A stretch of 64,000 bases of DNA from Felis catus (Eukaryota): the NCBI RefSeq assembly GCF_018350175.1, contig NC_058368.1, forward strand, positions 102,550,001 to 102,614,000, read 5' to 3'. Made by a program: the position numbers and the translations under genes. Shown piece by piece: positions 25,837-37,594 of the stretch. The notes under the pieces are model-generated. The model worked only from the letters and a program-made list of their open reading frames with translations. It did no database searches and was not told the DNA's origin. Position 1 is the stretch's first letter, and each line of letters opens with the position of its first letter.

Positions 25837-28800
25837 CTACTTTCCTACTTTTAAAAATGCAAAGGAACTAGCAGTAGATTTATGATTTAAGTGCTTGTGG
25901 CTAAAATAGCTTTCCAATTATCAAGGGCCTCTTAGGAGGAGCAAGAATGCATTATGTGTTAATGACCACAACCAGGGGTCCCTTCTTGACTCTTTTGTCA
26001 GAACCCGAGCAGATCTTCCCTGCAGCCTCACCATTAACATGTCTGTTTCCTGTCAGCCCACTCAGAGATAATGTCATTTATCTCAGGGAGGCACAAGCCC
26101 AGTCATTAGCTTCTATAAAAGACCTCAAACAAAGGCCGGATAATGTTTCACCCAGGGCTCTTACTAAACCCAGAACCAAGCTTAGTGTCTAAAAGTCAAG
26201 GACTCAAAAGTTATCATCGTGGAAAGAATATTTTCCCCATTATCAACAATCCTAGATACAGCTCTAAAGGAGAGCGAGGTCTAGTCCAGTAAACACCGGT
26301 GGAAAGTGCTATCACACACAATTAGATTAACCGATAAACGCTGACCAGAGTTAGCCTGGAAAGAGCCTTTACCCCTCTGGCCTCCAGGGGGAAAATTGAC
26401 AGAATAATTCAGGTACTGACTAAAGAGCGAGATCTTTGAAGAGCTGACCCCTCATTGTGACTGCCTGCAGGAACTGAATAGCCATTATAAAGTGTTCAAT
26501 GGCTGGGCTTCTGGAAATCTTTTAAATAAAAGTGGAACTGGTTAAAATAAATGTAGGAACATGTGTTTTCACAGCGTTCCTCGTATTACTGCAATTGCAA
26601 GTTTCTATGAAGTACCAGGTGAACTTTTTTAAATTAAAAAAACACGCACTCACACACAGACACAGTCAAAATTGGAGCAAATCTCGGCCATTCAATCCTT
26701 GTTTTTCAGGCTGAAAACGAAGAACAGATGGTCCTTTCCGTGTTGTTTGAATCTGGTTATTGAACACCTCTGTGGTTAGGGAGATTTCTGCTTAGCACTT
26801 TCGGCATACATTTCATTTACGAACTATAAAATGCTGCTTAGGAAAAAATAAGTCTTTATAACACTCTAATTAAAACCATCTCGGAGCCAAGCAATTTCAC
26901 CTGAAGAGCATTCTTAACCTGGTGACATTTGGACAATGACTCCCCACCCCTCTCCCCCCCCCTTTTTTTGTTCAGACCATTTGCCAAGTTATTAAAAGTT
27001 GCTGAACATTATTTATCTCCTTTAGCACAGTCTTGATCCGTCGTGCGTAGTTTTTTTTTCATCTCTCCGGCACACCCGGTACATTTCCAATACCACGTAC
27101 GCTCAGGACTCGGTGATCTGCCTCGGCCACACAAACGCCCCCAAGTTCCTTGGGTTCTCCCAGAGTATTTGCTTGGGGAAAGGATGGCCTCTGCACCCAC
27201 CTCAAAAAGCCCGGTCACCCTCAGAGGCAGCTTATAGAAAAGTAAGGGGCGGGATCCACACTGGGAGCCACCCTTAGTTACCAACGTTTTTAACCGCTAA
27301 ATCCCTTCTGTGGCTTTCCAAACAGTTTGCTGTCCGACAACAATAGACTTTGTTCTTTAATTACGGCGAGTGACCTCTCTGCCCTTTTATTTCACAGTAG
27401 ATAAACTGCACTCTCCAAGCAGAATTTGTAGGGGGCACTAGCTTTGGGGGCAGAGGGGGGGGACGCATATTGTCCCCAAAACTCATTCATCAAAATGCGT
27501 TCTGCAACTGCTCACGCTCACTTAGAAAATGTGCCCGAATTCCCTAGTGAAGTGGAAAAGGCTTCTACAAGAGAATAAAATAAAATGAATGATATCCCTC
27601 ACAGACAGGTCCATTTGTCGACACCACCTTTTAGGCTGTTACGGACCATCTTCGTGAAAGCAATAGGATATCAGAGAAGTAATTCTCTTTTCTGAATATG
27701 TACTGAGTCGCCAGAACCCTGAGACACAACTGTAAGATCTCCTGTGCCTTTCATGTCTATTGAGGTATTGGGTATTTTTAAGAATTCTTCTGTGTAGTTT
27801 TGAATTTTCCGGCGATCAAACAAAACCATGTACCCTGTGTAGCCCCGGCCGAATGCCTGTGTCTGATAAGTCAAAACTGTGAGACGGCTAAGGAGGATAC
27901 ATGCAGAAGAGCCTTAATACAGGCTATTATGCTTCCAAAGAAGGGGGGGTGGGGGGGGTGAGGTGGAGAAGCAGGTTTTAACAACCCAAAGCCAACCCGT
28001 CAAATCTACTTATTCAGACATGTCACTGGTGGCTTAACCACAAAATGGGCTACAGAAATATAGCTCAAACATCTTAGAATTATGGCATGTTTTGATTTTG
28101 CTCACGTATTAAGGGAGTGGCGACTTTTACAACATACTTGTGGTTTCCACATAAAGGAGCAGAACCCTCATTGATTTAATTAGGTTTCATAAGGTCCAAT
28201 TTATCATGTTTTACATGACTTTGTGTAGTGTAGAAACAGAATAAACAGCCCAAAAATAGACATTTAAGCATGCTGTGAAAATTAACCGGTGACAGCAAGT
28301 CTTATGAATCTCCTGTGAAACCTTTCAACCAGGAAAAACAACCCCCCCCCCCCACACACACACAGAAGAGAAACGCGCACACATACACCCCTCCTTTGGT
28401 GTTCCACACTTGGCCCCTCGTGAGCCACATCTGATGGCTGGAAATTAATCATTTTCACTCTTGAGGCGCTTACTCCTCACGAACCCCGAAAATCAAGCCA
28501 GGCTGAGATGAAAACATTCTACAAAATGTCAAAAGAAACCTTTCTCAAAGATGCCTCGGTGCTGAAATACTTGGTCAGGTAAAGCATGTCCTACTAAATC
28601 TTTTACCTCCTAAGCGGAGGATCCTCCTATCTATTAGGAAGTCGTCCCTAAACTGAGGTCTCATTTTCCCATCCACGAGTTGGTGGAATCAGAGCGACTT
28701 CCCTGGGTGACATCTGTCCGAGAGAGTGCCATCTCTGGGTGCTGAGGAGGCAAGCATTCTTAAGAGTGGGGGGCGGGGGGGGGGGATCCTAAGGACCCGG

Positions 28801-30981
28801 GTCCCTGAGCCGACACCTCCCTGCTGGACAGAGAATGGCCAAGACTGCAGGATTCGAGCCCCTGGGAGCCATCCCTGAGGGGTCCCTGTGCCAACACCGG
28901 GGGCTCCAGTCGGCGGCGGGCGGTGGAGTGAATCTAAAGGCGCTGTGCTCTCTCCCCTCCTCCACCCCCAGCCCCATCACAACTTGTTTGCTCTTCATTT
29001 ATGTAATTCACATTATCGCATTTATACTGCTCCCGACTCCAGATGAGTTGCACGTATATGAATAATTTAGTTCTTCCATTCTTCATCCAGTTTCCTCTGT
29101 GACTGGAAAGTGAAAAGAACACAAAAACTGGAGAACCGACACCGTGCTCTAATCTCAGTTGCCATGACAGCAGCCTTTGAGATACAGAAATGTTCCGACT
29201 GCCAGCTAAACAAAATTGTTGAATGTGAACATTTGGCTGGAAGATTAAAAGGCTAAGGGGAATGCAAAAGGGCAGTACCTCCCACATTCCAGGCAGCAGT
29301 GAATCCAATCAAATGGTTCTGACTCCTTAACCACAGCCATTGTGAGCACTGGATTAGGGCAATTCATCTAGATAGTTAGAGCAGATTATAACTGCAATTG
29401 GAAGACTATTGGCAACAAAAGTAAATGCCCTACTGTACTAAGTAATAAGATTTCAGAACGCCTTTTAGCAGAAATTACGTGCAACTACGCAGTGAAATGG
29501 AAGTATCGAAAGCTGGGATTTTTAAAAATGCATTTCAAGTCATCACTGGAAAATGCTGTCTGCCCAAAGGCACAGGAATCAAAGAAGCGTTCGCAGGCTT
29601 TTTGGGATGCTGGCATTATCTACACTTTGATGGACCTTCAACAACTGCTCAAATCATAAAATCAGAACTTTCTTCCTGTACTCCCATCATTAAAGTCTTC
29701 AACACACAAAAACAAAAATCGAAAGGTTTGAGGACAGAGCAGCGAATAAGTGTACACGGAAATAATCACCCAAAGACATCTTACAGTTCGGATCAAGTTA
29801 GACATAGCAAATACACCAAAGTATTTGAGAAGCACATTTCCAAACAGCCACGCCATAAATCACAGGATATGCATCTTTGCTTCTGCAAAGCACTACCGGC
29901 AGGATTAAAGACCGATTTTACAGAAACATTACTCACACCCCCAGCTCTCTCCCAACCTGCAGGGTGGACAGAGCACTTTCAGTCCAACGCACCACCGTCA
30001 CCAGACCAGTAAGTCACAGGCCCCCAGCACCGAATGGCACAGCCCTGGGGGCAAGTTTTCCAAAGGCAGTGTCTAACCAGGCTTTTGCTCAAATGCGACC
30101 CCAAATTCTCGTCTCCTCTGGCCGTTTTCACATTTCAGGAGCACCAATCCGCCAAGCCTTTTTTTTTTCACTTGTCTTCGCCAGCCTTCCCACTACTCCC
30201 TAGGCAAGCCAGAAATCCAAAGGAGAACACTCATATCTCCAGCTAAGAACTGGGCCAGGGCACCAGGGTACAGTCCTAAAAGCCACCAAAAACATTCCAG
30301 TCATTCTACACGGCGAAGCAACCGACAACACAGGGGCACCGAGCTGGGGTTTTTAACCCAGGACCAATGAGAGGAACCCATGCAAGGCTGATGCCCTTTG
30401 ACAGAACTATGTTGGAGAAAGTAACGGAAAAAAATAAAAATAAAAATAAACAGGTTGAGGGAGGAGTGTAACTGAGAATCCTCGACCTACCTCCCCAGGG
30501 AGGGACCGTGAACCCTGCCCCTAAGGACACACTAGCAGAAATACTAGGGCGCGTATATTCACACGTAAGACAGCTCTCCTTGGGCGAGAAACCAGGACAG
30601 GAGTCAAGTGGGTACATGAGCAGGTTTTCTATGAAAAGCACACCACAACTGGCTGACTGGCCAGAAGCCCTTCTGCAGGGTAAAAGGCACTTTAGGAACA
30701 CCCAGGCCCTCCCACCCGGGGACCCGAACACTTAGCACCACAAGCAGCAGCAGAAGCAAGAGCTAAAACCGTGCACCCAAGGAAGCTCCCCCATTCCAAA
30801 TTTTCGTGGAAAGGATGCAGAGGACAGAAATCTCACAAAGAACCAGGAAGCACGAATAGGAAGTGTTAAGGCACACAGAGGACACCCACCCCCCCCCCCA
30901 AACACACACACACACACCCACACCCACACAAATGCACACAAAGAGGAAAGTGGGAAGTCGAGGAAGGCGACTTTATCCTAC

Positions 30982-31887
30982 CTTCTCGGTTTTCAGTTTC
31001 TTGATTCGCCTGTGGCTCTCCTCCTCCTCCTCTTCCTTCTTTAACAACATAGAGTTTCCCATGAGCCCTGAATCCGGGGCACTTTTGCTAACTTCCCCTG
31101 CAGCCGCGCCGCTGCCACTCCCAGCGCCCCCGCAGTGGAAGGGGCTCGCGCCACCTCCATTGCTCTTGGCCCCAAAGCCATAGAGGTGCCCCCCGGAAGG
31201 GGCCTGGCCGCCACTGCCATTCTGGTGGCCCTGAAGCAGGTCGTGCTTGTCCTTCCTGGATTTCCCCGCATCCTTATCCCGCTTGGCACCTCGGCTGCTC
31301 TGGCTTTTACCTGCCTTCTCCTCTTTGCTTTTCCCACAGGAGGCCGCCCCCGCGGTGGCCGCGGAGGTGCCGGTGCCGGTACTATTGCCGTTTGGGTTGC
31401 TGACGCCGCCGCTGCTCACACTTTGACCCAGCGCTGAATTCATGCCAGTTGCCTCTCCAGGGCGCCCTTGGACTTCCTGCCTCTTGCCAGTGCTGCTGAT
31501 CTCGGGAATCCCATACAAGGCAGCAGAAGGCAGAGATTTATTAGCATCCTTAGAAGTTTTACTCCTTTTCACTTTTGATTTGCTGGTCTCTTTGTGTGAA
31601 TTCCCCTGGGGAGCAGAAGGCTGAACAGAAGCAAATTTTAGGCCATCAGCTAAGGCTGCGGTAGCACCGGCCCCGCTGGAGGCCAGACCTCCGCAATCCT
31701 TCGAGTTGCTGCTGCTAGGCGTGTTGGTGGAATTATTCATCTCAAATTTCTGTCTGTCCTTCTCCAAATCAGCGTCCAAATCGATTATTAAATTTCCAAC
31801 CCCGATTTCCCAATCATCACCACTGTCATAAGTATCAACCGTATTTGGATCCACACCTTTTCCTGCAGTAGAAATGTTCACTGACAT
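30982..31887 (-). CDS. ZNF608: Zinc finger protein 608, first coding exon (residues 1-302, [10 protein letters not shown]...RIKKLKTEK); the CDS continues in a downstream exon not seen in this window
   Basis: Translation matches the ZNF608 N-terminus I recognise ([50 protein letters not shown]), including the [21 protein letters not shown] motif shared with ZNF609. AUG context AGGatgT. Splice donor AAG|GTAGGA at 30982/30981, phase 0. The ORF-track ending 'VG*' is intron read-through. Confidence 0.96.
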
Positions 31888-31972
31888 CCTGAAGATGAGC
31901 TCTCTAGTATAAAAATCCGATGAACTTTCCTTTGGAGATGAGGGGACATCCGTTTAGCTCCGCTGGGCTTTC

Positions 31973-32008
<36 letters not shown>

Positions 32009-32085
32009 CTAATCTTCCTCTTCTTTTTCCTGCCCCAGGAATGTGTCCAGGGATTTTACACCCTTTAGTCCCGGTCCACCTTTTC
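31888..32085 (-). other. ZNF608: 5' UTR portion of the first coding exon of ZNF608 (whole exon 30982-32085, 1104 nt)
   Basis: Strong acceptor on minus strand: ttttccccccttcacag|GAAAAGG, with AG at 32087-32086. Contains a U27 tract (A run at 31977-32003) and one upstream AUG at 31949. Confidence 0.75.
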
Positions 32086-33107
32086 CTGTGAAGGGGGGAA
32101 AAGTCGGATATTTCTTGTCTGGGTGTTACCAGAATAAAAAACGATTAATACTGGGGAGTCAGTAAGGGGTACAGGGAAAATTGGAGAGGAAGGTGGCTCC
32201 TATATTTGTCTCCACAGTCCAGTACCAGGTTTAAAAGAAAATAACCAAGCCCAAAAAACTTACCCGTGATAGTAAGCATCTTACAGTAGCTTTAAAAAAA
32301 AAAAATCCCTTTATCAACAGCACAAGGATAATCACTCTTTTTAAGGCATTAAAATATCTTAAAGATCTGAGTCAAGTCCAGAAAGGTTTAAAAAAAAAAA
32401 AAAAAGAGTTTAGGATTTTTTTTTTTCATACATGTGATATCTCAACCCCAGCAACACAGCCTAAACACTCAGACGAGAGGGAGGAACACAGCTTTAAACA
32501 TCCCTAAACGCGTCCTAGATCTTGCAATTTCAAAGACCAGACCCTGGAAGTCCTCTTGAGGCTAGTTTCAGAATTATGTTTCTAAATTTTCCTTATTTCT
32601 AATTTTATGACTTCTTTTTACAAATTGTCTGGGCAATCAGTTTTTTGTTCCCAGTAAGGAACAGGAAAAACAACCAATAACTACCTCCCCCCCCCCCCCC
32701 CAGCAAACACATACCGTCTCTTCCCCAACAGTTTATACAATTTTATTTTTGAAATACACACACACGTCTTTAAGAGCATTTCTCTATAAAAAGACAGTGT
32801 TAAAAAAAAAAGGCTGAATACCTGCCTTTTGAGGGAAAAAAAAATTACATGTAAACAATTCTACCGTATTCCTAGGTCACAGACTTGCTCAATCTGTTAA
32901 ATATGGTGCCACTGACTGTACAGGGAAACTGATTAAGACATGCACTTTAAGTAGTCTGCGCCAAGGTGGCCTCAATGACCGCAAATGAGTGTGTGTTTGA
33001 CAAAGATCAGTTAAAACGGTTTTTAAAGGGATCAGCCCCTTTTAACAGTTGATTGTCGAGAAAAATAAATAAATATACATACACACACACACACAGACAT
33101 TGCTTAC

Positions 33108-33700
33108 CTTTAATCCTTTATCATTTTTTAATTAGGCCAGCAAATCAAAATGCCTTTCCCACTCCACTCGGCAAACAAGCCTGTGCCTCATTTTACTTAA
33201 ACACCAAATGATCAAGAAGGAAGAAACCAAATAACACATCTCAGCCAGAATAATCACTCGATAACATTATTCCACCTCCCCACCCCCCTTTTGGCAAACG
33301 GATCAGGAGTCCTTTTCTCCTTAAAAAAATGTGTCACTGTACAGCTGGAAGATAATGTTTCACATTCACAACAGAAGCACCAAAGGTTTTTTTTCCTCTT
33401 AACAAGCATCGAGAATAATAGTTTTTTATAGATATATATAAAAAAAAGAGAGAGCTTAGAGAAAAAAGTTTTCCCAACTTCTCATTCCGCCTTCAGTTCC
33501 AGACTTCAGAGTCACCGTGATCAGTAAGTAATGATCCCATGTAGCAAACCTACAGGCGTCCGCTAGTAACAAGACAGAATGTGCTAACATCGGGATAAAT
33601 TAGTGAAAGGGAAGAAAGAATAAGAAGAAACGACTGAAAATCTGGGCTGGATTCCGCCTGTTAGTCGGGAAGTGGCATTTTTCCGCCCGTCCTGACAGAT
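33108..33700 (-). other. ZNF608: Candidate non-coding first exon of ZNF608 (3' end defined by donor; 5' end/TSS uncertain)
   Basis: Consensus donor AAG|GTAAGC at 33108/33107, about 1 kb upstream of the acceptor at 32086. Lies directly downstream of a purine-rich/GC-box promoter-like block. Confidence 0.55.
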
Positions 33701-34620
33701 TTGATTTCTTGAACTAACTTAAGAGGAAAGGAGGGGGAAGAAGAGGGGGAGGGGAGGAGGGGGCCAAGAGGGAGGAGGGGGGGAGGGGCAGGAGGAGGAA
33801 GAAAGGGTAGGATGAGAACCCCAGCCGAAGGAGAAAAAGAAAGGTGTGGAGGGGGAGGGGAGCAGAGGATTCAATGAGCTGATAAACCAGTTAGAACAGC
33901 ATTCGCTCGGGGCGGGGGGCGGTGGGGTGAGGAAAATAACGGCGTTTAAAATTGGTTCAGTCTTCGAAACCCAAAGGATGTGATGTTTTCCTGTTTTATG
34001 TTGTTTTAAGAAAAAGGAACCCAGTTCCTAGTATAGTCCCGGGGGGGGGGGGGGGGATCCGCCGTCGCTCAAGCCAATCACTCATGTGGTAATTCGATAA
34101 TTAGAGTCAAAAAAAAAAAATTTTTTTTTAGGCGACCTTTTTCCGGACAGTTTTTCCCATTGATAGTCGCAGCAAACGGTGCGTCTCCCTTTTATTTATT
34201 TTTCTCTCCTCCTCCTCTCTCACCCACCCCCCTCCTGTGTTTAGTCAGATGGCCCCGGAGCTTGGCTTAGTATTTTTAATTAGCTGGCGTTTGGAAGCTA
34301 AAAGCAGTAATGAATTGTTGATGGATTGGAAGTGGAGAGTCGCTTTGCTGGAAATGTCGGGGCTGGGAGAGGGGGATGGGCGAGTTAGCAACAACCAACC
34401 ATCTAAAAGGAGCGATTTTGTTACAGTGCAAGCCTTTCACATCACGTGAGGATCAAGGGCTCAATTGGTTGTCGTGAGAACAAAAATGGTGACAAGCGTA
34501 TCAAGAAAATACTGATCTGGTCTTTAAAAAAAAGCTGAAGGTCTCTCCCCTCCCCCTGCACACACTCCCCACCCCCCGCCGCCGCCTCCCCGCGCCCCCA
34601 CCCCCCTGCAGTGGGCGCAG
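33700..34620 (-). promoter_or_regulatory. Proximal promoter region of ZNF608
   Basis: GA-rich tract 33721-33865, GC boxes (ggggcggggggcggtgggg near 33909; ccccgccgccgcc near 34573), CCAAT box agccaatca near 34071, poly-G 34041-34056, raised CpG content, no SINEs. Confidence 0.55.
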
Positions 34621-35453
34621 CTACAAGTTATGAATGTGAAACATTTCTCGCAGATCTAGGCTCTCGGAAGTTCGAAGGAGTGAAATGTAATGAGCACAAG
34701 AGCAAAGCAGATGTTTTAAAGAAACACCTTATAAACCTCTCCTCAACTTATCTCCAATTTGTCGGCTTTCCCGAGGGGCCAGGGATGGGGACGCCTAGCA
34801 GAGGAGGGAGGGCACCTCCAAGCTACTTGGGTTTTAGGGACCCCCTCACGTCTTAAACAAAGAAAAATATTTTGCTAGCTCGCGAGCCAGGTCATGTAAT
34901 AAACACACCATTGTTACTCTATTTGTGGGTTTGTTTGGGTTGGGTGGGGCGCTTTTTTTCCCCCTTAATGGTGTTTTTGCTGCTTGCTTTTTTAAGGAGG
35001 TGGAAAATGGTAATTATAACCATTACATGTAATGGGTGACTATTCCCTTGTTTAATATTAAATTATTGGGAACTAGGATGTGGCAAGAGAGAGAAATCGG
35101 CTTGTTCTGCCCTTGCCCCCATTTTCCTGGCTCGGTTTGGAAGAGGGTCTTGCCCAGCTAGGACAGGAGAGGGAGGGGGCGAGGTGAGCTAGGGAATGGA
35201 CACTGCAGATCAGGATATGTAACTGTGTCACTTTTATTCTCCTTGGGTTACAGCCCAAAAGGTAATTTACTCTAAGTTACCCCGAGTGCCCAGTCAAGCT
35301 TAATTTGTGTGAAGAAGTTACAAATGCTTCACCCTCCACTGACTAAAATTCACCCTTCTTGGGTTGTTGTTCTCAATGCAAAAGCCAAACCCTGTAACTA
35401 GTTCCTCATTTCAATGCATAAAACTCGCACATTCCCCACGCAACCGTACTTAC

Positions 35454-35720
35454 GGTCTGTATTGGATCGAGTTGACCTTTTCCTTCTAACTGCATTGAAT
35501 GTGTTTGGTTGCAGCCGCTTTATTTTGGAAATTATAATCTCTTCAACAAATTTATTATTAAAGAAGATGGACCATCAAATGTCACAGACCGTCCTGTGTA
35601 TTTTTTGTAAAAGCAAAAATTAACATAAAAAAAAAAGAAAACAAAAATCCCCCTGGTGCACACACACAACAAGCTTGTTCTGCAACACTGAAATCAGGAC
35701 TGAAACACAACACACACACA
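35454..35720 (-). other. ZNF608: Candidate alternative (distal) non-coding first exon of ZNF608
   Basis: Donor ACC|GTAAGT at 35454/35453, with CCAAT boxes upstream at 35802 and 35840. 5' end is approximate. Confidence 0.4.
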
Positions 35721-36320
35721 GGGGGAGTGGAGCAAAAGGAGCTCTCAGCCTCTATACCTGAAAGGGACTTTTCTTTGTTCCCATTGCCCTTTCGCATCGG
35801 GCCAATCAGAGAGCAGCTTTTATGAAACTGGGCTCTCTCATTGGCTAGCTGCTTTCTCTTGGCTACTGTAGGGGGTTGAGATATACACACGTATAAAACA
35901 CACACTGAGAGCGGGTGGGGGTGCGGTGGGGGGTGGTTGTGGAGACAAAGCGTTTTATTTTCCAACCAGATTGGGGATGGGGAACCTCCTGCAGTAAGAA
36001 GAAAAAAAAAAATGGTGCGCCCGTTTCAATTACTACATCATTCACATAAAACACTTATTTATTAAAACAAATCTCAAACAGGCTGCGAGGAAAGGATGTC
36101 GGTAAATACAAGTTTGATTGTGTTATCTTGGGGGAAATAATGTATGTGATCGCTCGGTGGCAGAGGGAAGCCAAATGAGCCACTAGCGCGTAGCGAGGAG
36201 AAGAGGGAGGCTGGCTGTGTGGAAATGACTGCGAGCGTTTTGCTGGCTTCCCTTCCTTGTTGCAAGGACTCAGCAGCGCGAACTCCCAAGAATGATTTTC
36301 TGTATTGCAGCTTCTGGCTT
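35720..36320. promoter_or_regulatory. Distal promoter-like region (paired CCAAT boxes, TATA-like elements, CpG-enriched)
   Basis: gccaatcag at 35801, ATTGG at 35840 and ~35970, TATAAAA at 35892 (+), CpG cluster 36140-36290. Confidence 0.45.
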
Positions 36321-37371
36321 TCAACCCTCCCCCACCACTTTGCCCTTCTTCCAATTTTTTTTTTTTCTTCTTCCCCGTGTCTCTCTTTTTACTCGCTGAT
36401 TAAATAAGAAAAATCGATCTGGGGGTAAAGGCGGCGGTGGGGAAACAAGTAACCCTTTTGTTTCCAGTCTTCTGTTGTACAAGCACTTAAGTGTGAACGC
36501 TGGCAACCATTTAACCGCCACTACGTGAACACTTCTTCCCTGGAATTTGTAACAAATCTTTTCCACCTGGTTCTAGGCGGCTCCAAAAAAATTAAAAAAT
36601 AAAATAAGGTCCCAGCCAACCGTATTAACACCTCGGGCCAGCCTCGTTTTTTACCAAATCGATTTGTGGGAGATAAATATACTAGAAAGATTAACCCGTT
36701 AAACAGTCCCAGTATGCATTTTTAAACGGAAAGATTGTCAGAGTTCCCCTTCCCCCAGATCTTTAACCCTATCTTGGGGAAAGGAGTTGGGGGGGGGGGG
36801 GGGAGATGTGTCAAAGTCCTCTGACCGCTAGCCAGCTCAATCCACCAAGAATAGAGAAATATTTTACAATCTATTATAGGACGAATGCCAACAACCAAGT
36901 TAATGGGACTCTGAGGTCACAGGATAAGAGAGGTTATATAAAATAACAAGCGCAGTATTGTACTGTAACAGCTAATATACTTAAATTAATGTACATATAT
37001 ATATTAAGCCTTTAAAGCACTTTTATTTTTTAATTTTTCACTGTTATTTGCCATTACTTTTAGGAGCTACAAGGTGGAAACCTTAAAGTCAAAGATGTAC
37101 TCTGAATTTCACTGAAAGCATCATGATCCCAAGCATTAAAGATCCAACACTACTGTAATTTCCACATGACAATTACAATTTGAGGATGTGTCTTCAGAGT
37201 CAAGTGGACATAGAAAGTGGATTACTGGTAGCAAAAGACAGCTTATGATGTAAACACTCAGTGATGACTTTGCGGGTCAATAAAAATATTTATGTCACCT
37301 GTTTTAAGTAATGTCTATTGACTCATGTTTGAGCTTCCAATATATTTAGTTCTTTTTAAAAATGGCAGTGT

Positions 37372-37594
37372 GGGGGCGCCTGGGTGGCGCAGTCGGTTAA
37401 GCGTCTGACTTCAGCCAGGTCAGGATCTCACGGTCCGTGAGTTCGAGCCCCGCGTCAGGCTCTGGGCTCATGGCTCGGAGCCTGGAGCCTGTTTCTGATT
37501 CTGTGTCTCCCTCTCTCTCTGCCCCTCCCCCGTTCATGCTCTGTCTCTCTCTGTCCCAAAAATAAATAAACGTTGAAAAAAAATTAAAAAAAAT
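37372..37594 (+). mobile_element. Young felid CAN-SINE
   Basis: TSD aaaaatggca(g/a)tgtg. Confidence 0.95.

Noticed and set aside
1..30981. Next ZNF608 coding exon (expected to begin VDPLF…)
   Set aside because: Not seen in the ORF track or by eye; it probably lies beyond the left edge of the window.
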